Notes under the pieces: generated by a model
What the model was told of the DNA's origin: nothing
Seen by the model: only the letters and a program-made list of their open reading frames with translations
The model's database searches: none
Source: an uncultured bacterium
Lineage (GTDB): Bacteria; Deinococcota; Deinococci; Deinococcales; Trueperaceae
Reading direction: 5' to 3'
NCBI GenBank assembly: GCA_964634665.1
Contig: CAZWJZ010000002.1
Span: forward strand, 1 to 54,761
DNA: 54,761 bases
Shown: positions 18,198 through 26,422 of the stretch, piece after piece
How positions within the stretch are numbered: position 1 is the stretch's first letter
How the letters are laid out: the number at the start of each line of letters is the position of its first letter
Translations under genes and position numbers: made by a program

Positions 18198-20015
18198 ATG
18201 CCAACATCAACTTTGCCATTAGAAGAATTAGCAGCTTTATCAAAATTTGCCTTTGTAACCCCCTCTTACAGTGGAGATAAAATAGCTTTTTACTGGGATA
18301 AAACAGGTCGCTTTGAACTTTACCTTATGCATCTGGAAAGCAAAGAACTAAAGCAATTAACAAACGGTCAAGCACCTAAAGGCTTAAGGGCGGGCTTTGT
18401 TTGGACCAGAGATGATAAGTACATTATTTTTGCAAAAGATACTGATGGAGATGAGCAAAACAATCTCTATAGATTAAACCTTGAAAGCTTAGCTGTAGAG
18501 CAGCTAACAAAAGAAGACTCTCAGGAATACGCAAGTCAAGTTTCACCTGATAACAAAACGCTATCTGTCTTGAGTAACCGTGCAGGCCAAATGAATCTAT
18601 TTAGGCTTGACCTAAGCTCCTTAGCGTATACGCAACTAACAACCTTTAAAGCACCCGCCTTTGGAGGTAAATGGAGTCCTGACGGTCAATGGCTTAGCTT
18701 TAATAGCAACGAGTCAAGCAATCTAAATAACATTGATGGTTATCTTATTAAGCATGACGGAACTGAACTTAAAAAAGTATTAAGTGTAACAGAAGGCTCG
18801 AGTGATAGTTTGAGTAGCTGGCATCCAGATGCTAATCAGCTTGCCTTTACGACAGATCGCAGTGGTAGTGACCAAGCAGGTATTTTAAGTTTAGATTCAG
18901 GTGAGATTCGCTATTTTGGTCAAGAAGGCATAGAAGAGACGGCGCAGCGCTTCTCACAAGATGGTAAGTACTTGGTAACCTTAAGAAATCAAGATGCCAG
19001 CATCAAACCTATTCTTTATAATCTTGAGACAGGCGAAGAAAAGCAACTCAAACTACCCGCAGGTATGGCGTCAGGCTCGAGTTTTGTCCTTAATGACAGT
19101 AAGTTTTTGCTTACGCACTCGTCAGCTAATCGTCGCCCTGAGCTGCTTCTTTATGACTTAGTAAGTGATAGCTACGAGGTTTTGCTAGAAGCAGATTACG
19201 GCTCTATAGACCCTAGTTTGTTTGTTAAAGAAAGCTACATTCGCTATGAAAGCTTTGATGGGCAAAACGTGCCCGCTTTACTTTATACACCAAAAAATAT
19301 AGAAGGCAAATTGCCAGCACTTGTTATGGTGCATGGTGGCCCCACAGCCCAGTTCTTTAGGGGCTTTGATACCTACGCGCAATTCTTAACAAGCTTAGGC
19401 TATGTAGTTTTACAACCCAACATTCGCGGCTCAACAGGCTACGGGGTTTCATGGCGAGATGCCAATATTAAAGACTGGGGTGGCGGAGACTTAGAAGATG
19501 TCGTGGCAGGCGCAAGCTACCTTAAAAAGCTTGATTATGTAGATGAAACCCGCATTGCTGTGTTTGGCGGGTCTTTTGGTGGCTACATGAGCTTTATAGC
19601 CGTAACCAAAAAACCAGATGTCTTTAAAGTAGGCATTCCGTGGATAGGCATAACTGACCTGCACACGCTTCATGAAGAAGATATGGATCACTTCAAGTAC
19701 TACTTCCAAAAGCAAATGGGTGACCCTGTAGAAGATTACGACTTATGGCGAGACAGAAGCGCCATAGAATTTGTTGACCAAGTAAGCGCAAAACTCTTAA
19801 TTATGCATGGTACAAACGACCCACGATGCCCCATAAGTCAAGCACGCGTCTTCAAAGACAAGTTACTAGCCCTAGGCAAAACAGAAGGTACCGCGGCAAC
19901 TGATGACTTTGAGTACCACGAATTTGCAGATGAAGGCCACGGCCCTTCAGGCGACATACAAGGAACCATAAGAACCTACAAACTGCTAGCTGATTTTATG
20001 GAACGCAGATTGTAA
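18198..20015 (+). CDS. S9-family serine peptidase (beta-propeller plus alpha/beta hydrolase)
   Basis: GGSFGGYM nucleophile elbow, HGTNDPRCP, C-terminal DEGHG. Confidence 0.85.
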   Translation: MPTSTLPLEELAALSKFAFVTPSYSGDKIAFYWDKTGRFELYLMHLESKELKQLTNGQAPKGLRAGFVWTRDDKYIIFAKDTDGDEQNNLYRLNLESLAVEQLTKEDSQEYASQVSPDNKTLSVLSNRAGQMNLFRLDLSSLAYTQLTTFKAPAFGGKWSPDGQWLSFNSNESSNLNNIDGYLIKHDGTELKKVLSVTEGSSDSLSSWHPDANQLAFTTDRSGSDQAGILSLDSGEIRYFGQEGIEETAQRFSQDGKYLVTLRNQDASIKPILYNLETGEEKQLKLPAGMASGSSFVLNDSKFLLTHSSANRRPELLLYDLVSDSYEVLLEADYGSIDPSLFVKESYIRYESFDGQNVPALLYTPKNIEGKLPALVMVHGGPTAQFFRGFDTYAQFLTSLGYVVLQPNIRGSTGYGVSWRDANIKDWGGGDLEDVVAGASYLKKLDYVDETRIAVFGGSFGGYMSFIAVTKKPDVFKVGIPWIGITDLHTLHEEDMDHFKYYFQKQMGDPVEDYDLWRDRSAIEFVDQVSAKLLIMHGTNDPRCPISQARVFKDKLLALGKTEGTAATDDFEYHEFADEGHGPSGDIQGTIRTYKLLADFMERRL

Positions 20016-20045
20016 TTACTTTTATCCCAATAAGTGTTACTTTTC

Positions 20046-20075
20046 CACGCATCATTGTTAGTGCAATGATGCGTG
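20046..20075. terminator. Perfect 12-bp stem hairpin downstream of the peptidase gene
   Basis: CACGCATCATTG-ttagtg-CAATGATGCGTG. No T-run on either strand, so terminator function is uncertain. Confidence 0.3.
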
Positions 20076-20268
20076 CGGCTTAGAGAGTTAAAAGAAAAGT
20101 ACTTAAATTGGGGGTAAGACCTAACAGAATCGCAAGGTGTATCAATTATCAATAACTAAAGGATTACCCAGTGGAATGTACAAAAGCATCTCCCTGACAT
20201 ATTCCCCTAGCTAAACACTCACCCCAAAAAACAGACAAATCTCAGAAAAAAAAGATACGCTAAGCATC

Positions 20269-20934
20269 ATGCAGTTCTACGAATTTGGTGTGAGTGAAAA
20301 TATAGGATGGCTCGAGCTTATTGTCGGGCCTATGTTTAGTGGTAAATCAGAAGAACTCATCAGACGCGTTAATCGTGCTGTTATAGCTAAACAAAACGTA
20401 CAAGTCTTCAAGCCAGCCATAGACAACCGCTATGACGCAGTCGCTGTTGCCTCGCACAACGGACGCACCGTAGACGCACAAGCCATAAGAGATATCAATG
20501 ACATAAGACAATTACTCGAGTCTGACACCCAAGTCATAGCCATTGATGAAGGACAATTCTTAGGGGATGAGCTTATTGCCTTAGCCATTGATTTAGCTGA
20601 TGAAGGTAAACGCGTACTCATTGCAGGTTTAGATCAAGACTTTAAAGGTGAACCATTTGGCCCCATACCCAGCTTACTAGCGCACGCTGAATTCATAACC
20701 AAACTCACCGCGATTTGTCGTTGTGGTCGCGCAGCTACCCGCACGCAACGCCTCATATCAGGGCACCCTGCTCACTACAATGACCCGGTCATATTAGTAG
20801 GGGCATCGGAGAGTTACGAACCCCGCTGTAGAGCCTGCCATGACGTACCAAGAGAAGCTCGAGTATCCCCTTTATTTACCGAAGCGGTGCACAGTGCAAA
20901 TAGGCAAGCGAGTTTAAAAGCAATAAAAGATTAA
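20269..20934 (+). CDS. tdk: Thymidine kinase with a roughly 30-aa C-terminal tail
   Basis: [15 protein letters not shown]-loop and CxxC...CxxC zinc site (ICRCG, RCRAC). Confidence 0.9.
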   Translation: MQFYEFGVSENIGWLELIVGPMFSGKSEELIRRVNRAVIAKQNVQVFKPAIDNRYDAVAVASHNGRTVDAQAIRDINDIRQLLESDTQVIAIDEGQFLGDELIALAIDLADEGKRVLIAGLDQDFKGEPFGPIPSLLAHAEFITKLTAICRCGRAATRTQRLISGHPAHYNDPVILVGASESYEPRCRACHDVPREARVSPLFTEAVHSANRQASLKAIKD

Positions 20935-20982
20935 TACTTGTTGAATCATTAAGTATTTTTTAAGAAAAGATGTCTGTCAATC

Positions 20983-21486
20983 TTGCGTAGGGATATAATC
21001 TTCATTCATGGTGCTCCGGGAACGGGCAAATCTTCACTTGCTTGGGCTTTACAAGAAAGGTTAAAAAGTCCATGTTTTGAATTTGGTTGGATTCCTGAGT
21101 TTAGGCTAAAGAATAACAGTACGATTACTTATGTAGAAGAAGAATCACTTGCCTTTGAAAATCTCACTCTTGTTATTAAAAACTATATTAGCCACGGGTT
21201 TTGCAACATTATTGTTACCGACTTAAAGGATCGTATTGTTCAGAAGCTGTCGGAGTCTTTTAAGGATTATTCATATATTTTAATTACACTCTGGATCGAT
21301 AACAATGAAGTTCTTAAAGAGCGGGTGCTTAATGAGAACCGTTCTAGTCAATTTAGAAATTGGAAGTATTCTATAGAGTTGAACGAAGAGCTGGTTGAAC
21401 GTTCACTTATGGGTAGCGAAATACGCTTTAATAGTAGCGAGAAATCAATAGAAGAACTGGTTTCTGAAGTCATTAAGCTACTTTGA
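20983..21486 (+). CDS. Small P-loop kinase/ATPase-like protein
   Basis: IIFIHGAPGTGKSSLA Walker A. TTG start. Visibly lower GC than its neighbours and no CTCGAG site. Confidence 0.55.
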   Translation: MRRDIIFIHGAPGTGKSSLAWALQERLKSPCFEFGWIPEFRLKNNSTITYVEEESLAFENLTLVIKNYISHGFCNIIVTDLKDRIVQKLSESFKDYSYILITLWIDNNEVLKERVLNENRSSQFRNWKYSIELNEELVERSLMGSEIRFNSSEKSIEELVSEVIKLL

Positions 21487-21544
21487 GCTTAGCTGCTAAT
21501 TGACAATTTGATTTTTTAGAGAGAAAAACATCTAAGCTGGTATT

Positions 21545-21578
21545 AGTTGTATTGCAAATGTACTAAGGATTAGCTTAG
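21545..21578. repeat. 34-nt dispersed intergenic element, copy A
   Basis: AGTTGTATTGCAAATGTACTAAGGATTAGCTTAG matches 52956-52989 at 31 of 34 positions. Confidence 0.7.
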
Positions 21579-21590
21579 CTCAAAAACTAA

Positions 21591-21617
21591 GGCGCAGCGT
21601 TTTCAAAACGCTGCGCC
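21591..21617 (-). terminator. Terminator between convergent genes
   Basis: GGCGCAGCGTTTT-C-AAAACGCTGCGCC palindrome. A T-run follows on the minus strand. Confidence 0.65.
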
Positions 21618-21650
21618 TAAATCCTTAGGAGGAGGGGAAAGGACCTAACT

Positions 21651-22043
21651 TTATACGCTTGCTTCTAGTGCAACTTCTTCTTTGCTTTCTTTTTCTTCAG
21701 CAACAACTTCATCTTTTTCGACACGCTCAACTGTAATAGATAAATTTGCAATGAGCGCACCAATCGCACCTATGGCTGCTAGCGTTGGTAACAGTAAACC
21801 ACCTACAACACCCAGCGTTAAAGGAATTTCAAGTAGGGTTTTACCTTCTTCATTCTTAAGGGTAATACGGCGAATGTTACCCTCACGAATAACTTCTTTA
21901 ACTTTACCAACAATCGCCTCACCACTCACCTTAAACTCTTCAATGGTAATGCGATGTTTTTTTTCTTCAGTAGTTACATTTTCGTTAACATCTTCATTTA
22001 CAGCTTCACTATTAACCGTTTCGTTTTTAACTTCTTCAGACAT
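21651..22043 (-). CDS. DUF4342-domain protein
   Basis: IVGKVKEVIREGNIRRITLKNEEGKTLLEIPLTLGVVGGLLLP core flanked by acidic tails. Confidence 0.7.
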   Translation of the reverse strand: MSEEVKNETVNSEAVNEDVNENVTTEEKKHRITIEEFKVSGEAIVGKVKEVIREGNIRRITLKNEEGKTLLEIPLTLGVVGGLLLPTLAAIGAIGALIANLSITVERVEKDEVVAEEKESKEEVALEASV

Positions 22044-22357
22044 AATTAAACCTCTTTCTAAAATCTTATAAAAAGAGTTTAAGCCTAATAACAGCTAAGG
22101 TCTTCATACCAAAGGGGGAGGTCATGAGTACGCCTAAGTAGGAGATAATTATTGAGATGGATATTTGCAAGCTCGAGTGTGCCTAAGATTGTATTTTGAG
22201 AAGCCTTTCTTTAAGGCTATACAGATAATGACTAGAAAAATCTTTTGGCTTAAAAGGTAAAAAGGTCTTAGCTAAAGCTAAAAGATGAGCTTAAACGTAA
22301 GACTTACGTGGTTTCAAACTGCATGCCTGACAGGCGTACTTGGTATAAAAATACCTA

Positions 22358-23371
22358 ATGTCTGATTCGTCTGAAAATCGTGTTTTACTGCCTTGGCGTC
22401 AAGAGGCTTTTCCTGTTGATTGGGTTGCTGAATTTAAGCGTGATGCGCCTTTGCATTTAGAGGTTGGTTTTGGTGATGGGCGCTTTACGGTTCGTCGTGC
22501 TTTGGCTCATAAGGATGAGCAGTTTATTGGTCTTGAAATTTCGAGTGCTAGTTTGCAGCGAGGTTGGAAGAAGATTAACCGTGAAGGTCTATCTAATGTA
22601 CGGCTTATTAAGTTGGGTGCGCAGTTTGCCGTGCGGCATTTGTTTGCAGCTGATTCTCTTGACTCTATGGTGGTTAATTTTCCTGACCCGTGGCCTAAAG
22701 AGAAGCATGAGAAGTACAGGCTTTTACAGGACTCATTTTTTAGGCTGGCTGCAACTAGGCTTAAAACGGGGGGCTGTATTAATTTAGCAACTGATCACCC
22801 TGAGTACTTAGCGTTTGCGCAAGAGCAAGGCAAGCTTAGTGGCTTTTATGATTTGCTGTCAGCAGAGCCACCTGAAGCTGTTTTTGAAACCAAATACGCC
22901 CTGAAATGGAAAGGGCAAGGAAAGCCTCTTTTTTATCAAGTTTTTCGTTATAACGGAACAAGTAGTGAAGATTACCCTATTCTTGAAAGGCCAAGCATTA
23001 TGCCGCATGCACTTATACAAGGACGACTCCCCGAAAATCAAGCACTCGAGCAGCTCGAGTTTAGTAAAGTTGTGCTGCCTTATGCGCAGGGTCATGTGAT
23101 TTTGCATGAGGTTATGCGTAGTTTGGGTTCAGATGAGGATATTGGTACGCATAAAGATAAGTGGATTGTTCGTGCCACGATTGATGAGCCTGATCTTAAG
23201 CAGCAGCTTCTGGTTGCGGTTAAGCGCCGTACGGATGAGGAGCTTATTGTTAGACTTGAACCGTTTGGAGATCCTGTTATTACGAAGACAACGAGGGGTG
23301 CGGTTCATGCGGTGACGGAGTGGTTACTTACTTTGCCTTCTGATATTAGGGTTTTAGAGCGTAATTACTAA
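22358..23371 (+). CDS. trmB: tRNA (guanine46-N7)-methyltransferase, long form with a roughly 130-aa C-terminal extension
   Basis: EVGFGDGRF, GLEIS and VNFPDPWPKEKHEKYRLL motifs. Confidence 0.85.
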   Translation: MSDSSENRVLLPWRQEAFPVDWVAEFKRDAPLHLEVGFGDGRFTVRRALAHKDEQFIGLEISSASLQRGWKKINREGLSNVRLIKLGAQFAVRHLFAADSLDSMVVNFPDPWPKEKHEKYRLLQDSFFRLAATRLKTGGCINLATDHPEYLAFAQEQGKLSGFYDLLSAEPPEAVFETKYALKWKGQGKPLFYQVFRYNGTSSEDYPILERPSIMPHALIQGRLPENQALEQLEFSKVVLPYAQGHVILHEVMRSLGSDEDIGTHKDKWIVRATIDEPDLKQQLLVAVKRRTDEELIVRLEPFGDPVITKTTRGAVHAVTEWLLTLPSDIRVLERNY

Positions 23372-23383
23372 GAAGGAAAAAAT

Positions 23384-23514
23384 GAGAAGATTGGAAAATT
23401 GGGAAATTCAAAAAGCTGAGTATTATAAACGTTTTTCATTTTTCGCTTTTCGCTTTTCACTTTTCACTTTCTTCCTTCCACTTTTCACTCTCCACTTTTC
23501 ACTTTTCACTCTCA
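23384..23514 (+). repeat. Intergenic element: GAGAAGATTGGAAAATT head plus about 12 tandem heptads of (R)CTTTTC/CACTTTT type
   Basis: 7-nt register from 23431 to 23514: GTTTTTC ATTTTTC GCTTTTC GCTTTTC ACTTTTC ACTTTCT TCCTTCC ACTTTTC ACTCTCC ACTTTTC ACTTTTC ACTCTCA. Confidence 0.85.
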
Positions 23515-23527
23515 CTACTTTTTCCTT

Positions 23528-24052
23528 ATGATGGCCTACAATCCTGCTGAAGTACTTAAATTCCGTGAGCAGAAAGCTTTGTTTTTTCGGCGTAATCGTA
23601 ATGCTCCTTTAAGGGGTAATGAGGTGGCAGGCATGCGTTATTTTTCGGTTTCAGCTGATTATGTATTTAATGCAAGACTTGAGCTTTTTGAGGCTGAGCA
23701 GCGGGTTTGGTTGGCGACTTCTACAGGGGATGCGGAGGCTTACTTTCGTTACGCTCGAGCTTGCTTTGTGTTTGAGGCTGAGCAGCATTGCTTGACTGTC
23801 TATTTGCCTGAGGGTAGTGTGGATGCGTCTAGGGTGTTTGTGCCTTTTACAGATGCAACTAATGCTGTTAGTAGTTATGAGGGGGGGCGTTATTTGGAGG
23901 CGTCACCTGAGGGGGATGAGCTTAAGCTGGATTTTAATTTTGCTTATAATCCTTATTGTGCTTATAGTGAGCGTTTTCGTTGTCCTATTCCGCCGGTTGA
24001 AAATGCTTTGGGGTTTTTTGTTAAGGCAGGTGAAATGAATTATGAGCGATAA
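23528..24052 (+). CDS. DUF1684-domain protein
   Basis: GGRYLEA, NFAYNPYCAY and RCPIPPVEN motifs. No SD; preceded directly by the heptad tract. Confidence 0.8.
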   Translation: MMAYNPAEVLKFREQKALFFRRNRNAPLRGNEVAGMRYFSVSADYVFNARLELFEAEQRVWLATSTGDAEAYFRYARACFVFEAEQHCLTVYLPEGSVDASRVFVPFTDATNAVSSYEGGRYLEASPEGDELKLDFNFAYNPYCAYSERFRCPIPPVENALGFFVKAGEMNYER

Positions 24053-24791
24053 AGCTTTGTTTTCTACTGAGTTTTTGAGCGTGCCGCATGCCTTTAGTAC
24101 GCGCTTGTCGGGTGTGAGTGAGGGTGTTTTTGCTAGTTTTAATTTGGGCTTGAGTACAGGTGATGAGCCTGAGCGGGTGGCGCAAAATAGAGAGCAGGTG
24201 TTTCGCTCTTTTGGGGTGACTAAGGCGCAGGTTTGTGGTTTGCATCAGGTGCATAGTGCCACGGTGCTAGAAGCTCGAGCGAGTTGGTTTGAGCTTGAGG
24301 CAGATGCATCTGTTACTAATGACCCTAACTTGCTACTCGTGATTGGTACGGCAGATTGTTTGCCTATTTTGTTTCATGATCCTGTTAAGCACGTGGTTGC
24401 TGCGGCACATGCTGGCTGGCGCGGTACGGTTGCTGGGGTTAGTCAGAATGTGATTCTTAAAATGCAGTCGCTTTATGGTTCTAAGGCAAGCGATGTTCAT
24501 GCGGTCATTGGGCCTTGCATTAAAGGGGCTTGTTATCAGGTAGGGCAAGAAGTGATTGATGCGTTTATAAAGGCTGGCTTTCCTGAATATGTTTATGAAA
24601 GCGATGCTGAGGGGCGTTATTTGCTTGATTTGGTAAAGGCTAATACATATCTTTTAAGGCAGTCTGGTGTTACGCAGATTTATGATGTGCAGCAGTGCAC
24701 ACATTGTGATGCAACTACGTTTTATTCGCATAGGCGAGATGGCTTAAAGCGGGGTAGTCACTGGTCAGCGATTAAGCTAGCCCACACTTGA
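24042..24791 (+). CDS. pgeF: Peptidoglycan editing factor PgeF / YfiH laccase-domain protein
   Basis: HQVHS, ADCLPILF, AHAGWRGT, CYQVG and YSHRRDG motifs. Confidence 0.85.
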   Translation: MSDKALFSTEFLSVPHAFSTRLSGVSEGVFASFNLGLSTGDEPERVAQNREQVFRSFGVTKAQVCGLHQVHSATVLEARASWFELEADASVTNDPNLLLVIGTADCLPILFHDPVKHVVAAAHAGWRGTVAGVSQNVILKMQSLYGSKASDVHAVIGPCIKGACYQVGQEVIDAFIKAGFPEYVYESDAEGRYLLDLVKANTYLLRQSGVTQIYDVQQCTHCDATTFYSHRRDGLKRGSHWSAIKLAHT

Positions 24792-25363
24792 TCTACTTTC
24801 GAGCTTAAATCGTTTAGGTCGCTCGTATTTTCTATAACAAAATCAGCACGCTTTGCCTTTAGACCTAAAGGCAATTGTGCTTTATCTCTAGCCATAATGT
24901 CTTCTTCGCTTAACCCACTGCGTTCTTGTACGCGTTTTATGCGTAACTCGAGTGGCGCTGTTACAACGAGTACAGCGTCAACGGTGCTTTCTAAGTGATT
25001 TTCGTAGAGTAAAGGAATGTCGTAAAGAATAACCTGGGGTGGTTGGGCTTGCTCTAAAAGGCTTTTTGTGCGTTTTAGGCTTTCTTGCCTGACCCAAGGG
25101 TGAACAATGCTGTTGAGTGTTTTAAGAGCCTCTTTGTTGTTAAAGACCAGTGCAGCTGTTTTTTCTCGGTTTAACTGGCTTTCTTTAATTAAGTCTGAGC
25201 CTAATTTTTCAGCTATTTCTTGCAGAACGGTTGCGTTTTGGGTGGCTTCTCTGGCGAGTGCATCAGAATCAATAAGTACAGCACCTTTGGCTACGAGTAA
25301 TTTGGCAACAGTTGACTTGCCTGAACCAATATTGCCTGTTAAGCCAAGGCGTTTAGTAGGCAT
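24758..25363 (-). CDS. coaE: Dephospho-CoA kinase
   Basis: LGLTGNIGSGKSTVAKLL P-loop, about 200 aa. Confidence 0.88.
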   Translation of the reverse strand: MPTKRLGLTGNIGSGKSTVAKLLVAKGAVLIDSDALAREATQNATVLQEIAEKLGSDLIKESQLNREKTAALVFNNKEALKTLNSIVHPWVRQESLKRTKSLLEQAQPPQVILYDIPLLYENHLESTVDAVLVVTAPLELRIKRVQERSGLSEEDIMARDKAQLPLGLKAKRADFVIENTSDLNDLSSKVDQVWASLIADQ

Positions 25364-25446
25364 AAGAAGGGCTTTTCTTTAAAGGTATTTGAGACTGTTG
25401 ACTAAGCTTAGGTAAATAATTCAAGGTCTTTTTATAATAACGTACT

Positions 25447-26379
25447 GTGCTGCTAAGACGAAACACTCGCCCTAAACTTTATGAGCTGGCTAGTGATTTA
25501 GAAGAGGCGCTTAGCATTATTCTTCAAGCTAGTGCTCAGCATGCACGTTTAAGTTCAAGCACGCTTGCATCCTTAACTCAAGTTGCCACAAAAGCCAAGC
25601 TGCATGGTGAGGCAGGCAAGCCATTTCTTGATAGTTTAATGACTGAGCAAGCTGCTTACGGGCTGCATCTGCTTGAAAAAACACGCTTGTTAGACCTAAT
25701 CATGCCAGAATTAGCCCAAAATAGAGGCGTTGAGCAAGGTGGTTTTCATCATCTAGATGTCCTAAATCACTCGATAGAAGCCTTAAGGCAAGTCATTCTT
25801 AGTGAAGTAACTGCTAGTCCAGAATTACGCCTTGCTGCCTTACTACACGATGTAGCTAAAGCAAGCACCTTTAAGCTAGATGCGCTTGGACGCAGAAGCT
25901 TTTTAGGTCACGACAAAGTAGGTGCAGATATAAGTAAAACCATACTCGAGCGTTTGAACTTGCCTGTTAATAGTGACAGGGTTGCAGCTTTGGTGCAGTA
26001 CCACATGCTGCCGTTACCTAAAAATACCAAAGAAGCTGAGCGTTTTGTACGCAAACGAAAAGATTTACTACCTGACTTACTGCAGGTCATGCTGGCTGAC
26101 AGGCAGGCTGCCAGAGGTCGCTTGTCTAGCCCTGCAACAAGACAACGCTACCAACTGGGTATGGCTCGAGTGCTTGAGGTGCTTAATGAAGTGCCGCTGG
26201 AAGAGATTGTTTTGCTAACGGGTCATGATTTAATAGCGCAGTTTGGGTTTGCGGAAGGTCCTTTTTTAGCTGAGCTTTTAAGCTTTCTTAAGGCAGCACA
26301 AAAGGCTGGTGATATAAGCACAAAAGAAGAAGCTTTAGAAGCTGTCCAGCATTATGCAGAGAAGCAGGGTTTCTTATAA
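25447..26379 (+). CDS. HD-domain protein resembling the neck plus HD part of class II CCA-adding enzymes; lacks the nucleotidyltransferase head
   Basis: GGFHHLDVLNHS and LLHDVAK..GHDKVG HD motifs. GTG start. Only 83 nt of spacer upstream. Confidence 0.6.
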   Translation: MLLRRNTRPKLYELASDLEEALSIILQASAQHARLSSSTLASLTQVATKAKLHGEAGKPFLDSLMTEQAAYGLHLLEKTRLLDLIMPELAQNRGVEQGGFHHLDVLNHSIEALRQVILSEVTASPELRLAALLHDVAKASTFKLDALGRRSFLGHDKVGADISKTILERLNLPVNSDRVAALVQYHMLPLPKNTKEAERFVRKRKDLLPDLLQVMLADRQAARGRLSSPATRQRYQLGMARVLEVLNEVPLEEIVLLTGHDLIAQFGFAEGPFLAELLSFLKAAQKAGDISTKEEALEAVQHYAEKQGFL

Positions 26380-26422
26380 AATACAAACTGAAGTGCTTTG
26401 CTGACTCGAGTTGTTTAAGCTT

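Noticed and set aside
21682-22071. 129-aa plus-strand ORF mirroring the DUF4342 gene
   Set aside because: The minus-strand frame gives the recognisable DUF4342 core and is flanked by a matching terminator. The plus-strand product is a Ser/Thr-rich low-complexity sequence.
23431-23514. Heptad tract considered as a CRISPR-like or satellite array
   Set aside because: The repeat unit is 7 nt with no spacers and there are no cas genes. It is a microsatellite-like tract, reported above as a repeat.
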